Assembly (NCBI GenBank): GCA_964016885.1
Contig: OZ024760.1
Location: forward strand, 5,766,001-5,830,000
Direction of reading: 5' to 3'
Origin: Eledone cirrhosa
Taxonomy: Eukaryota
Length of the DNA: 64,000 nucleotides
Of the stretch, positions 42,377 to 56,338 are shown one piece after another. Numbering within the stretch: position 1 is the first letter of the stretch; each line of letters opens with the position of its first letter. The position numbers and the translations under genes were made by a program. Under the pieces are notes generated by a model, which made no database searches, was not told the origin of the DNA, and worked only from the letters and a program-made list of their open reading frames with translations.

Positions 42377-43526
42377 ACTTACCTCAAACAGGACAACCCA
42401 TCCAGATCACCTAATCTGACTTACCTCAAACAGGACAACCCATCCAGATCACCTAATCTGACTTACCCCAAATGGGACAACCCATCCAGATCACCTAATC
42501 TGACTTACCTCAAATGGGACAACCCATCCAGATCACCTAATCTGACTTACCTCAAACAGGACAACCCATCCAGATTACCTAATCTGACTTACCTCAAATG
42601 GGACAACCCATCCAGATCACCTAATCTGACTTACCTCAAACAGGACAACCCATCCAGATCACCTAATCTGACTTACCCCAAATGGGACAACCCATCCAGA
42701 TCACCTAATCTGACTTACCTCAAATGGGACAACCCATCCAGATCACCTAATCTGACTTACCTCAAACAGGACAACCCATCCAGATCACCTAATCTGACTT
42801 ACCTCAAATGGGACAACCCATCCAGATCACCTAATCTGACTTACCTCAAACAGGACAACCCATCCAGATCACCTAATCTGACTTACCTCAAACAGGACAA
42901 CCCATCCAGATCACCTAATCTGACTTACCTCAAACAGGACAACCCACCCAGATTACCTAATCTGACTTACCTCAAACAGGTCAACCCATCCAGATCACCT
43001 AATCTGACTTACCTCAAACAGGACAACCCATCCAGATCACCTAATCTGACTTACCTCAAATGGGACAACCCATCCAGATCACCTAATCTGACTTACCTCA
43101 AATGGGACAACCCATCCAGATCACCTAATCTGACTTACCTCAAATGGGACAACCCATCCAGATCACCTAATCTGACTTACCTCAAATGGGACAACCCATC
43201 CAGATCACCTAATCTGACTTACCTCAAACAGGTCAACCCATCCAGATCACCTAATCTGACTTACCTCAAATGGGACAACACATCCAGATCAACTAATCTG
43301 ACTTACCTCAAATGGGACAACCCATCCAGACAACTAATCTGACTTACCTCAAACAGGACAACCCATCCAGATCACCTAATCTGACTTACCTCAAACAGGA
43401 CAACACATCCAGATCACTTAATCTGACTTACCTCAAATGGGACAACACATCCAGATCAACTAATCTGACTTACCTCAAACGGGACAACCCATCCAACCCA
43501 TGCTAACATGGAAAATAGATGTTAAA
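42377..43526. repeat. 42-bp tandem repeat (~27 units) ending in an RTE-type 3' tail
   Basis: Unit CTTACCTCAAACAGGACAACCCATCCAGATCACCTAATCTGA. The array ends AACCCATGCTAACATGGAAAATAGATGTTAAAC (cf. minus 52989-53045). Confidence 0.92.
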
Positions 43527-44068
43527 CCTGAGGTTTTCAAACTTTTGGGGTCACAGCCACGTAAAACCCTCAGCGCCGTAACCCTATTTCCAGAGAGACC
43601 TGCCTACACGCAAATTGTAAATAATATATAATAAATAAAATCATTCATATATATATATTAAATAATATAATATATACTATGTATAAATATATATCATACA
43701 TTTTTTTATTTTACTATTTTTATATGTAATATATATCATTTGATATTTAATATACTATTATATCATCTCTACCGCCCCTCCACCACCACTCTAGGCCCCA
43801 GCGCCTCCTGGACCTTCTCAACGCCCCCAGGGAGTGATAGCACCCACTTTGAGAACATTAAATGATGATGATGATGATGATATATATATCTTTGGACCCC
43901 CAGGGAGTGGTAGCACCCACTTTGAATACCTCTGCATTAAACGATGATGATGATGATGATGATGATATATATCTTTTGTTTGTACGTGTGCAGTAGACTG
44001 CACAGATATAATTATGACCACTTCGCCTTTCATCCTTACGGGGGTCGATAAAATAAAGTACCAGTAAT

Positions 44069-44253
44069 TGTTTCTACTTTTGGCACAAGGCCAGCAATTA
44101 CCCAGTGCATTACTGGTACTTTATTTTATCGACCCCGTAAGGATGAAAGGCAAAGTCAACCTCGGCGGGATTTGAACTCAGATCGTAAAGGAACGCAACT
44201 ATGGTGGAAAGCATGGCACCCGACCCTCTACCGATACTGCCAATCCACCGTAT
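44069..44253 (-). mobile_element. SINE family 2 nested in an opposite-strand copy of the same family
   Basis: 17-bp TSD AATAAAGTACCAGTAAT at 44052-68 and 44254-70. Confidence 0.85.
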
Positions 44254-45099
44254 AATAAAGTACCAGTAATGCACTGGGGTAATTGCTGGCCTTGTGCCAT
44301 AAGTAGAAACAATTATGACCACAACGGCAAATATGAGGACAGTTAGTTATTTGCAGTGATATTTCACAGCAGTAGATTTTTATCTCGACTAGAATTTGGA
44401 TATTTTTATCCGATGTAACTTGAAGCAGATGTCCGAAACCTAGAGAAAATATATTGATTACAATAGCTAAACTTGTGTCAGGGCATTTGTAAGACGAATG
44501 GAAATCCGTGGTATTAATCAATAACAACTAATAGCCAAGAATTTGTATGTGAGGGGTGCTTCTAAATTTACACCAAATTTATTATCATCATTTTTTTTTT
44601 TTTTTTTTTACTTTGGTTTTGTTCTGACCAAGCTAGTCTCGAAATGAGAAGTTGATGATGAACAAGCTTCTCTATATCTGTTTGAAATGCTAGAAACAGC
44701 AGTAAAGTCTATAATAAATCAAAGTCTATGATTTTTAAAACAGATTCACTTTGGTTTCGTTCTGACTGAGCGAGGCTTAGGATGATAAATTAATGAGGGA
44801 AGTAGCTTCTATAGAGGTAAGTTGAAATGCTAGATCCCGGTTTCAAATCCCGTTAGTGGGGGTCAACTTTGCCTTTCATCCTTCCAAGGTAGATAAAATA
44901 AAAATACCCCCCCCCCCCCCCCCAAACCAACCAACTCCCTAAACTATTGGCCTTCTTCCTTAATTAGAAATTTCTGTTTTATTTGAGAGACATGAATGAC
45001 CCTCAAAAGCTCCCACCCACCACCCCTCTCTGACATCTGACCTTTGTTGGGGAATTTGCTTTTGTCTTAATTTCATATTTCATACAATGTTGTTGTAAG

Positions 45100-45583
45100 T
45101 GGAGAGAGAGAGAGAGACACAGAGAGAGAATGGAGAGAGAGAGAGAATGAAGGAGAGAGAGAGAGAATGAAGGAGAGAGAAGAGAGAGAGGGAGAGAGGA
45201 GAGAGAGGGAGAGAGAAGAGAGAGAGAGAGAGAATGAAGGAGAGAGAAAGATAGAGGAGAGAGAAACAGTGAGAAAGTGAAGGGGAGTAGAGAGAGAGAG
45301 AATATAGGAAAGAAGAGAGAATGAAGGAGAGGAGAGTGAGGAGAGAATGAAGGAGAGGGGAGCGAGGAGAGGGTGAAGGAGAGGGGAGCGAGGAGAGGGT
45401 GAAGGAGAGAGGGAGAGAGAGAGAGAGAGTAGCAAACAGAAATATTTATATATATTACCATTAAACATGAATTTCTGAAATTCTGTAACGATAGGTTTAA
45501 GTTAAGATTAGAGGTGTGGATGTGTGTGTGGATATATATATGTGTGTGTGTGTAGATGTGTGTGTGGATATGTGTATGTATGG

Positions 45584-45624
<41 letters not shown>

Positions 45625-45830
45625 GATATGTGTGTATGGATATATATATATGTGTGTGTGTGTATATAAAAATGTATGTGTGGATATGTGTGTATGGATG
45701 TGTGTGTAGATATATGTGTGTATATGTGTGTGTTTATGTGGGTATATATATGCATGTGTAAATATATATGTGTGTGTGTGTGTGTATATATATATATGTA
45801 TGTGTGGGTGTGTATATATGTATGTGTGTG

Positions 45831-45863
<33 letters not shown>

Positions 45864-47500
45864 GTATGTGTGTGTATATATATATGTATGGGTGGGGATA
45901 ATCAAACAAACTATTACCCATCATAGTAACACACACACACATATATAGACATACATCAGCACACACACATGCACACATACATGAGCACACACACTCACAC
46001 GCACACATACATCAGCACACACACACATGCACACATACATGAGCACACACACATACATAAGCACACACACACACACACACACACACATACATGAGCACAC
46101 ACATACATGCATGCACATACACACATACATGTACATACACTAACTCACATACACACACACACACATACATGAGCACACACACATGCATGAGCACACACAC
46201 ATGCATGCATATATGCACACAAGCACACACACACACACACATATGTGTGCACACATACATACAGGCACATGCACATACACACATGCATGCATACACACAC
46301 ATACACATTTACACACACGCACACATTCACATGCATGCACATTTACGCACACACACACACACATGCACATTCACACCACCCCCACCTTTATTGACTATTT
46401 GTGTTAGCCGTCATAGTGCAGCCATGCTGCATATACACACACATACATGCACACATGTATACATGCACATACACACATGAACAGGCACATAGACATGCAC
46501 TTACACACACATGCACACACACATGTATACAGATACATGCACATACACACATGTGCATACACACATACATACATATACACACATGCACATACATAAGCCC
46601 ATACACATACATGCACACAGACATGCTTACACATATGCATATACACACAGACATGCACACATACATATACATACACACGCATACACACACACATGCACAC
46701 ACATATGCCCATACACATACATGCACACACATGAATGCATATACACATACATACATACATACATACACACATGCTCATACACATACATGCACACACACAT
46801 GAATGCACATACACACATATACATACACACACATGCACATATGCACATGCATGCACACACATATACACGCACACAACCACCTCCGAGTTTTCTTCACAAA
46901 ATGCATGAAATAAAAATAAAAAATAAAAAATAAAAATTAATATATGAAAAAAATAAAGTAAAATAAAATAAAATAAAATAAAATAAAATAAAATAAAATA
47001 AAATAAAATATAAAACATGCTGAGAGAGAGGTGGAGAGAGAGGAGAGAGTATGTATGAGAGAGAGAGGGAAGAGAGTATGTATGAGAGAGAGAGAGAGGA
47101 GAGAGTATGTATGAGAGAGAGAGAGAGGAGAGAGTATGTATGAGAGAGAGGAGAGAGTATGTATGAGAGAGAGAGAGGAGAGAGTATGTATGAGAGAGGA
47201 GAGAGTATGTATGAGAGAGAGAGGAGAGAGTATGTATGAGAGAGAGAGAGTATGAGAGGAGGGGAGAAAGAGAGAGATGGAGAGAAAGAGAGAGAGAAAA
47301 CGAGAGCAAGAAAATGAGAAAGAGAGAGTCATAAAAAAAGAGAGAGATGGAGAGATAAAGAGAGACAGGGGGAGAAAGAGAGAGATAGAGGGGGAAGGAA
47401 AAAGTTAGTAAGATAGGCAGGCATAAAGAGAAAGAGAGTAAGAGATGAAGTGAGAGAGAATGAGAGAGAGTGAGAATGAAAGAGAGGGGAGAGAGAGAAA
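45100..47500. repeat. Low-complexity block: (GA)n, (TG/TA)n, (CA)n, (AAAAT)n and GAGAGTATGTAT repeats
   Basis: Seen directly. Confidence 0.9.
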
Positions 47501-47561
47501 TATTTGTATATTACCACTGATGAACTCGTGAATTCCTGTAATAGTTTTTGATGAAATTAGT

Positions 47562-47603
<42 letters not shown>

Positions 47604-47825
47604 AGATCAAAAGATGGTTAAATGAGTTCCATGTATTTTATTATGCACATTTCAAAAACAAATATCATCATGCAATAACATTTGTGTTTTCATCAGATAA
47701 AATATGAGGACATGATATGAAGGTTAAAAACACTTGTGGATAGTGCAGTTTTAAATCAACATATCATATGTTGATTTAAAACTGCACTATCCACAAGTGT
47801 TTTTAACCTTCATATCATGTCCTCA

Positions 47826-47896
47826 TATTTTATCTGATGAAAACACAAATGTTATTGCATGATGATATTTGTTTTTGAAATGTGCATAATAAAATA
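47826..47896 (+). ncRNA. Type I hammerhead motif (partners on minus: 47634..47704, 55882..55952, 58889..58959)
   Basis: TATTTTAT-CTGATGA-AAACACAAATGTTAT..GATATTTGTTTTT-GAAA-TGTGCA-TA-ATAAAATA. The two distal copies have palindromic ATGCGCAT. Confidence 0.8.
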
Positions 47897-48333
47897 CATG
47901 GAACTCATTTAACCATCTTTTGATCTTATATATTATGTATACTCCAGTCCTACAAACTGTAGAGTGCTTCTTATCCGATATCTGCATTGCTTTATTGTAC
48001 TACAATAAAACTCACCTCCTACATATATATATATATATATATAGGTATTGAAGTTTCCGTTGAAAATTGAAAAAAGTCATAGGAGTGAAGAGTGCTCTAT
48101 GTAAGTACCAGAGCAAAATTTAATGTATAATAAACAATGCAATATAATTACCTCATTACCAGAGGTTTCCCGAATAAGACGAATACAAAAGAAACGTCCT
48201 CATTCGTTCGTCGGACAAGGCAATATAAAACATAGTGAAATATTTGGAAAGTCTCCTCAAGAAATGCAAAAAATATATATAATTTTTTTTGCATTTCTTG
48301 AGGAGACTTTCCAAATATTTCACTATGTTTTAT

Positions 48334-48411
48334 ATTGCCTTGTCCGACGAACGAATGAGGACGTTTCTTTCGTATTCGTCTTATTCGAGAAACCTCTGGT
48401 AATGCGGTAAT
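48334..48411 (+). ncRNA. Hammerhead motif, CCGACGA core variant (inverted partner 48147..48224)
   Basis: ATTGCCTTGT-CCGACGA-ACGAATGAGGACG..CGTCTTATTCGA-GAAA-CCTCTGG-TA-ATGCGGTAAT. Confidence 0.65.
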
Positions 48412-48647
48412 TATATTGTATTGTTTATTATACATTATATTTATATATATATATATATATATATATAAAGGAAGTGAATACAAAGAATTTAAAACTGTTA
48501 AAACATGTTTATATAATTATGCACCTTCGTATGTCTCCCCCTGCTCTGTGATAATAAAAACACATGCACAGAGAGGAAAATGAATGATGATGTTAATTTA
48601 ACCGTAAATTCCCTCCTGGGTCCTATATTGATCATTATTTTGCTTTC

Positions 48648-48692
48648 CATACCCTTGATAAGCCCACTCAAGGTGAAACGTACGTAGGTGCA
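48648..48692 (+). ncRNA. Minimal hammerhead motif, U3-A8 core variant
   Basis: ACCC-TTGATAA-GCC CACTCAA GGT-GAAA-CGTACG-TA-GGTG; palindromic helix III. Confidence 0.55.
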
Positions 48693-48930
48693 CAATTATA
48701 TAAACATGTTTTAACGGTTTTAAACTCTTTGTATTCACTTCCTTTATAATCGCTCTGTTTATATTTTCTTGCCCGCTAAATATGGACGCCTCTAATATTT
48801 AACCCTGTAGGTACAAGTATTGAGTACACATGCATAAACTATTGGCAACTAAATATATGTATCGGCCATCTTTCCATTCTCTTTTCTCACTCGATACCAA
48901 ATCATTCTATATATATAAATATATATGTAG

Positions 48931-48983
<53 letters not shown>

Positions 48984-49579
48984 ATATATAGAGAAACACA
49001 CAGATACATGCGGACACACACATATACATGAATATATCCACATCCATCCTTGAGTTAATGGTGCCAACCTTAACCGATGTTGCTCTATGAATAACTGGGA
49101 CAAACCAATCCGAATGGATTAGACTAAACCAGTATCAGAGCTATAAAGTACATTATGAAGAGAGAAGAAACATTAGATATAATTAGTAATAAGATGTATC
49201 ATACCTAAACTGCTTCTAAATTCCTCGACTACGTAGTTTCGTGGCATAATCTTCTACGGCCTCGATATAAATACCCCTCCGCCTCCGTGGTATTTTTTTC
49301 AGGGTTATAAGAGGCTTAGCTGTTTCTTGAACGCTGTATCACGTGATTGACTCCCCCTCCGCCTTTTGGGATTCTATCTCGCATCTTACAGACGTGTTTT
49401 TGAAACCCTTAATGAGGTATTGTCTTGATAAGTCGGCAGACCTCACAAAAATTGTATATCTCTGTGATGTATTGTTTTTGATTATGCCACGAAACTACGT
49501 AGTCGAGGAATTTAGAAGCAGTTTAGGTATGATACATCTTATTACTAATTATATCTAATGTTTCTTCTCTCTTCATAAT

Positions 49580-49619
<40 letters not shown>

Positions 49620-49838
49620 CTATATATATATATTAGGTGTGTATATATATCAGGTATATATATATATATTAGCTATATATATATATATATATATATATTA
49701 GCTATATATATATATATATATATATATATTAGCTATATATATATATATATATATATATATAAGCTATATATATATATATATAAGCTATATATATATATTA
49801 GGTGTGTATATATATCAGGTATATATATATATATTAGC

Positions 49839-49869
<31 letters not shown>

Positions 49870-50323
49870 ATCAGAATGGAAGTGGTAAAATCCGTTAGAC
49901 CATTAATCATGAGAGTACTCAATACTTGGGGTAATAGAGTGAGTGAAATGAAAAACTTAGGATCATGATAGCTGAATTCAGATCCAGCTGTTGAAACGGA
50001 AGGAAATCAGCCATCAAGGTCCCGAATTTTTCATATATATATATATATATAGTGAAATAAGATAACAGGGGCGATTGGTTACTCCTTCATTACGTTTATT
50101 GGTTGGTGACACGTGTTTCACCACTGGTCAGCTCAAGGTTTGATCAGTATCGATCTGACTCGACTTTGTAATCCACGGCTAGTCAGACCTCTTGTAATGT
50201 TAATGGAAAATGTATATACATGCCGTATGATAAAGTTAGATGCTCCTACGGTGGTCAGTAAAGTTTGTTTTGATTGGTGGATTAATTCATAGGGATGTTT
50301 TTTGCCTGTAATATCATTTTTTT

Positions 50324-50473
50324 CATCATCATCATCATTTTACGTCCGCTTTTCCCTGCTTGCAAGGGTGGGACAGGAACTGATTCTGGCTTGATTTCTA
50401 CAGCTGGATACCCTTCCTAACACCAACCTCATTTACAGTGAGTGCTGGGTGCTTTTTTGCCGTGGCACCTCCA
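50324..50473 (-). mobile_element. 5'-truncated CORE-SINE (RTE-derived body and tail)
   Basis: Matches 40660-40805. Confidence 0.8.
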
Positions 50474-50637
50474 CGACGACTTCGAATCGTATGTTTAATT
50501 GTAAGAGACTACTCTGAGTTCTTAACTCAATATATATATATATATATATATATATAACAAAGGAATTGTGGTAAGGAACCAGATGGACCATAACCCGTCG
50601 AAACGGCTTGAGCTCTGCCGTCCGGGTCATACTGTTT

Positions 50638-50686
<49 letters not shown>

Positions 50687-51406
50687 CGGCTCAGAAATAT
50701 TTCTTTCTTTGAGCTAATTTCATTGTAAAAGAATTCATTACTCTTAATATATATATATATCAATCTCTATACCTCTCATTTATATTTATACTCGGATTCT
50801 TTTCCTAGAGTGCTTAAACTATCTGTGACTAATCCCGGTTTTTTTCATAAAACTGTGATAATTATTGCTATTTTGCTGAACTCCTTTTGTAGAGTTTTTT
50901 TCAGAATGTATTTGACTGCTATTTCTTGTAAATAAACATTCACTTCCATCCTGACGTCACTAGCCCCGTTTTTTCCTCATGTGCTTTTTCATAATTACAC
51001 ATGAAGGCGAACTAGCCAGTTTTAGAATTCCCTTTTTCGGATTATATTACTGTGAGAGCCCTGGTTTTCTGTTGAGCTCTGCTGATGAATGAAATCCAAC
51101 CGTGACCATCTCCACTGAAAGTTTTCATGAAATAGTCTTTTAAGACTATACAGAGCATTTGATGTTATTCCAAATTGAAGGATAAGTGTTTCAAACTTTA
51201 TTTTATCATGAGTTAAAGGTCTATAGATTTTTCCCTGGATTTTACTAAATTCTGTGGATGAATTTATATCCTGATTCTCTTTTGAGATGAGTTTGAGTTA
51301 TTTTTCCTAAATCTTTCGTTAACTACTTTTCCCATCTTGACGTTATAGTCGCATATATGTTATAGAATGCCGTTAGCTTCTTGCTAAAACAATCTCTATA
51401 CCTCTC

Positions 51407-51472
<66 letters not shown>

Positions 51473-52815
51473 ATTGAAACGGATATTGTTTTACTTTGGG
51501 AGTGTCATAACAACACACACACCAATTGAGTTTCACTTCAGTTTATTAGTTGAGTAACTAATCCATTTATTGGTTAGTTTAGTAACCATATTGTTGGTTA
51601 ATTGTTAATTGTCAAAGATCTTTTGTCACACATCATGTGACTTTTTCAATTACTACTCTTGTTACTCTGTGCTTCCTCTTTGTTACAAAGGTCTTAGTCA
51701 TTGTACTGCAGCAAATCTGGGGCACTACTTTAAATGGATTTAGCCAATCATATCAAACTCAATACCTAACATTATGTCTGGTAAATATTTTACTGATCTC
51801 TGTTTGTGAAATAGCAAAGTTACTATACTATTATTGTAATATGTAAAAGAAAAAAATATAAATTACTATTAAATCAGTCACACACACATGTACACCAGGT
51901 CCGAACATAGAGGAACCAAACTCCCACTGTCATCACCTCTGTCTCTCCCGCCCTCCCCATTTCTAACAATTATGAGTAAATGGGGTCCCACGTGTTGGCT
52001 GTCCCATGACCCCAGTGGACAGACACAGACACACACACACATACACACACACAGATTGACTAAGCTTCAGCACAGTTACTGTCTGCTAAATTTCATAAAA
52101 CCATCTACATTCAAGTAACACTAATACCTCTCATTAAATGATACCAACACCTCACTTTATGTTATACCAGCATGTGATATCCACTATATTTGATATCACC
52201 ACATCTCCCTCATTGTGATGCCAACATTGTTAAGTATGTGATGAAAAGAATCACTCTTTGTGTGATACAATGCAGCATTTTTTGTTGATGTCAAAACAGT
52301 TATCTTAAAAGCCATTAAAATACCATTAAAACTAATGAGTCCTTACTAGCCCGTGTTTTATTGATGTCACAACAGTTATCTTAAAAGCCATTAAAATACT
52401 ATTAAAACTATTACCTGTCTTACTGGTCCTTGCTAGACCGTGTTTTATTGATGTCACAACACTTATCTTAAAAGCCATTAAAATACTATTAAAACTATTA
52501 CCTGTCTTACTGGGTCCTTGCTAGCCCTCGTCTCACTATATTTTCTCCTCTTCTTCTGTAATGTCTGAAGCCAGTACATCATATTAACTTTATTAGAAGC
52601 ATCCAAAGAATATATCTTCCCTTCCGATCTGAAAGAAAATAGAGAAAAATACATTTTGAAACAACTTTATCACACACACAAACAAACATACACACACAAA
52701 CATATATATATATATATATATGATGGCCAACTAGATACACACGTGTATGTTCTTTTCTCCCCAATTCTTTTATTTTCTCCGATCCTTCCTCTCATCACTC
52801 TTTACTTTCTATTTA

Positions 52816-52851
52816 TCTTCTGATGAAGGACTAGTGTCCGAAACATTAAGA
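52816..52851 (+). ncRNA. Minimal hammerhead motif (probably CpG-decayed)
   Basis: TCTT-CTGATGA-A-GGAC TAGT GTCC-GAAA-CA-TT-AAGA. Confidence 0.6.
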
Positions 52852-52941
52852 CTCTCTTTCTGCTATTTGAAGCATTAAACTAATATACTTCTTCCATGTA
52901 CTGGGTTTTTTTGATATTTTTGTTATTACTTTTACCTACAA

Positions 52942-52981
<40 letters not shown>

Positions 52982-53176
52982 CATCATCGTTTAACATCTG
53001 TTTTCCATGCTAGCATGGGTTAGGTTATCCTGTTTGAGGCAAGTTGGGTCACGTGACCATGTCTTGCTCATGCAGAACTGTTTCTGGCTTGGTTTCTATG
53101 GCTGGATGTAATTAAATAGCTCTGTACAATACATAGAGCACTCTTCTTTCTTTTACCTTTTCTACATATATATATA

Positions 53177-53238
<62 letters not shown>

Positions 53239-53344
53239 ATAATAATAATAGCTTTTGAAGGTATAATTGAAGGTATTATTTGATAATAATAATAATGAAA
53301 AGGAAGATTTGTTATATATATATATTCTTATATATAAATATGGT

Positions 53345-53857
53345 GGATTGGCAGTATCGGTAGAGGGTCGGACGCCATGCTTTCCAGCATAGTTACGTCC
53401 CTTTACGATCTGAGTTCAAATCCCGCCAAGGTTGATTTTGCCTTTCATCCTTACGGGGTCGATAAAATAAAGTACCAGTAATGTACTGGCTAATTGCTGG
53501 CCTTGTGCCTAAAGTAGAAACAATTATTATATAGAGGCATAGAGTTACGGCCCTCGCCTTTCTGAGTTCAAATCCCGTCGAGGTTAACTTTGCCTTTCAT
53601 GCTAACGGGGGTCGATAAAATAAAGTACCAGTAATACACTGGGATAATTGCTGGCCTTGTGCCTATTGTAGAAACAATTATTATATAGAGGCTCTGACAT
53701 CATGCTTTGCAGCAAAAAGTTACGTCCCTTTATGGTCTGAGTTCAAATCCCACCAAGGTTAACTTTGCCTTTCATCCTTACGGGGGTTGATCAAATAAAG
53801 TACCAGTAATGCACTGGGTTAATTGCTGGCCTTGTGCCAAAAGTAGAAACAATTATT
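53345..53857 (+). mobile_element. Three head-to-tail SINE family 2 copies (first full, two 5'-truncated)
   Basis: GAGTTCAAATCC...GCCTTTCAT...AGAAACAATTATTAT occurs three times. Confidence 0.87.
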
Positions 53858-54090
53858 ATATTTATATATATATAAATGAAGTATTTCCGACGGAAAGGTA
53901 CAGGAAAACAGAGTGCTCTATGTAGGCTACAGAGCTTATTAGTTATGTAATAAACAACATAAGATAATTATTTCATTTACCAGTGGTTTCTTGAAGGCAG
54001 ATGTTATGTCTGTCTTCAGTCATCAGAATGAATAAATAACATGGTGTTTTTATTAAATATATCCATATTTAATAAAAACACCATGTTATT

Positions 54091-54156
54091 TATTCATTCT
54101 GATGACTGAAGACAGACATAACATCTGCCTTCAAGAAACCACTGGTAAATGAAATA
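54091..54156 (+). ncRNA. Type I hammerhead motif (inverted partner 53969..54034)
   Basis: TATTCATT-CTGATGA-CTGAAGACAGA..TCTGCCTTCAA-GAAA-CCACTGG-TA-AATGAAATA. Confidence 0.8.
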
Positions 54157-54308
54157 ATTATCTTATGTTGTTTATTACATAACTAAATATATATATATAT
54201 ATATATATAAATGAAATAACAGTAGGCTGGACTGGTGTAAATCCTTGAAAGGTTTATTATACTATGATCATTTCAATGACCAGGTTCCATATGAATCCGG
54301 TGATATCC

Positions 54309-54604
54309 TGTAGTAAGACGCCTTACGCCCCCTGTCGAATAATGGACCAGACCTAGTTGTCACCCCCTGGTTGAGAACACTATTTAAGTAAGCAGCAGTA
54401 TTACTTTCTCAGACAAGCCACGGAGACAGCAAACAGCAGACGGCCTTTGTACCATGAAACAGCAGACAGACTTTGGACCACGAGATCACACAGATGTCAA
54501 TACACTGAACTCCTATACCGAAGCCACAAGGATAGTGTTGGCCGAGCACTGGCTCATAACATATTTCACTTTACTGGTCCCGTCACATTGGTGACCCAGA
54601 CGTG
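54309..54604 (+). mobile_element. LTR (TGT...ACA, 54309-54587) with tRNA-Trp primer-binding site, Gypsy-like
   Basis: TGGTGACCCAGACGTG at 54589-604 matches 15/16 to the complement of the eukaryotic tRNA-Trp 3' end (TGGTGACCCCGACGTG, recalled). TATA-like TATTTAAG near 54381. Confidence 0.7.
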
Positions 54605-55469
54605 GGCGTTACATTGGTGACCCACGACAATTGTAATATGTTGCCTTCATTTCAACTGATCACGTCTATATTGGTATGTTGTTTCATTTGTAATATAACA
54701 AACACATAATAGACAAAATAAACATCATCCTTATTTACATTGTTGAATAGAACTCTCGTTGTGGTTATTATCTTGTCTACACACACACCCACTCACTTGT
54801 TATAATTCTATGGAGTACCTATCCTCTCACTTACGAAAATGGTAAATAGACGTGGGACTTTCCCTCACGTCTATATTGATAAACTCTCCAACAAGGATAT
54901 ATCATTACCATAATCCTGTCCATTCCCTGTTATTTCATTTATAATTAACTCCGTATTTGCACCACCAACTACACAAATGAAGATGGGTGAACTGCACTGC
55001 GTTGAGTACTCTTCACAATATTACACCAGGATTGACCATACGGAATGACCAGTTCTATCCAGTGGTGAACCAACAAACCTTAAGATATATATATATATAT
55101 ATATATAATAATGAAATGACAGGAGGCTGGATTTGTGTAAATCCTTGAAAGGTTTATTATACTATGATCATTTCAATGACCGGGTTCCGTATGAATCCGG
55201 TGATATCATCAGGTATTCGAAATATAATACGTGAATGTAATAGATAAGATCCATGGGGCTGAAAATCGAGGACCGGAGGGCGACCGCTATTCTGTTCCTT
55301 CAACCTCAGCCGGTCGCCCTCGAGTGACGTGGCTAAAGTTTATAGTGTGCTACTACCGGTCAGATAAACGAAAACAGAAAGGGATGGGAACATAAGTTAG
55401 CGTCAATCTCCGGTCCTCGATTTTCAGCCCCATGGATTTTATCTATTACATTCACGTATTATATTTCGA

Positions 55470-55527
55470 ATACCTGATGATATCACCGGATTCATACAGA
55501 ACCCGGTCATTGAAATGATCATAGTAT
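55470..55527 (+). ncRNA. Type I hammerhead motif (inverted partner 55159..55216; disrupted copy 54259-54308)
   Basis: ATAC-CTGATGA-TATCACCGG..CCGGTCATT-GAAA-TGATCA-TA-GTAT; palindromic helix III. Confidence 0.75.
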
Positions 55528-55718
55528 AATAAACCTTTCAAGGATTTACACAAATCCAGCCTCCTGTCATTTCATTATAATATTTAACTCCGTAATAGCA
55601 CCACCAACTACAAAAACAAAGACGGTTGAACTGCCTTACGTTGAGTACTCTCTATATTATTGCATTACGATTGACCATACGGAATAGACCAGCTCTATAC
55701 AGTGGTGAACCTCAAACC

Positions 55719-55760
<42 letters not shown>

Positions 55761-56181
55761 GGAGGTGAGTTTTATTGTAGTACAATAAAGCAATGCAGAT
55801 ATCGGATAAGAAGCACTCTACAGTTTGTGGGACTGGAGTATGCATAATATAAGATCAAAAGATGGTTAAAGGAGTTCAATATATTTTATTATGCGCATTT
55901 CAAAAACAAACATCATCAAACAATAATATTTGTGTTTTCATCAGATAAAACAGGAGAACATGATATGAAGGCTAAAAAAAACACTTGTTGATAGTGCAGT
56001 TGATATGTTGATATGTTGATATGTTAATACATAAGCTGGTTTATAAATAATTAGTGACATACCTTGTGATAATGCAACTTCCTTTTAAAAAGTTGATTAG
56101 ACTACCAAATCAACTTTTTAAAAGGAAGTTGCATTATCACAAGGTATGTCACTAATTATTTATAAAACAGCTTATGTATTG

Positions 56182-56247
56182 TATTTTGTCTGAGGAAGGC
56201 ATACCATATTTTTAATATGATATCCCAGAAATATATATAACAAAATA
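56182..56247 (+). ncRNA. Type I hammerhead motif
   Basis: TATTTTGT-CTGAGGA-AGGCATACCATATT..AATATGATATCCCA-GAAA-TATATA-TA-ACAAAATA; preceded by a palindrome at 56027-56180. Confidence 0.75.
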
Positions 56248-56284
56248 AATATGGTTTTATAAATATAGTTTCCATTTGTTTAAT

Positions 56285-56338
<54 letters not shown>

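Noticed and set aside
42326-43342. 338-aa ORF of 14-aa repeats
   Set aside because: A by-product of a 42-bp unit divisible by three. It begins in microsatellite, frameshifts near 43330, and the unit derives from a LINE tail.
44330-44440. Possible additional minus-strand exon after TTTTCTCTAG
   Set aside because: Good acceptor, but no convincing donor or recognisable peptide.
51082-51096. CTGATGAATGAAA (and CTGATGAAGG near 29043) as hammerheads
   Set aside because: No helix I, II or III pairing.
54945-55010. UAACUCCG start suggested a twister ribozyme for the bulged-hairpin motif
   Set aside because: No conserved P4 loop or pseudoknot partners, and several instances are only about 21 nt long.
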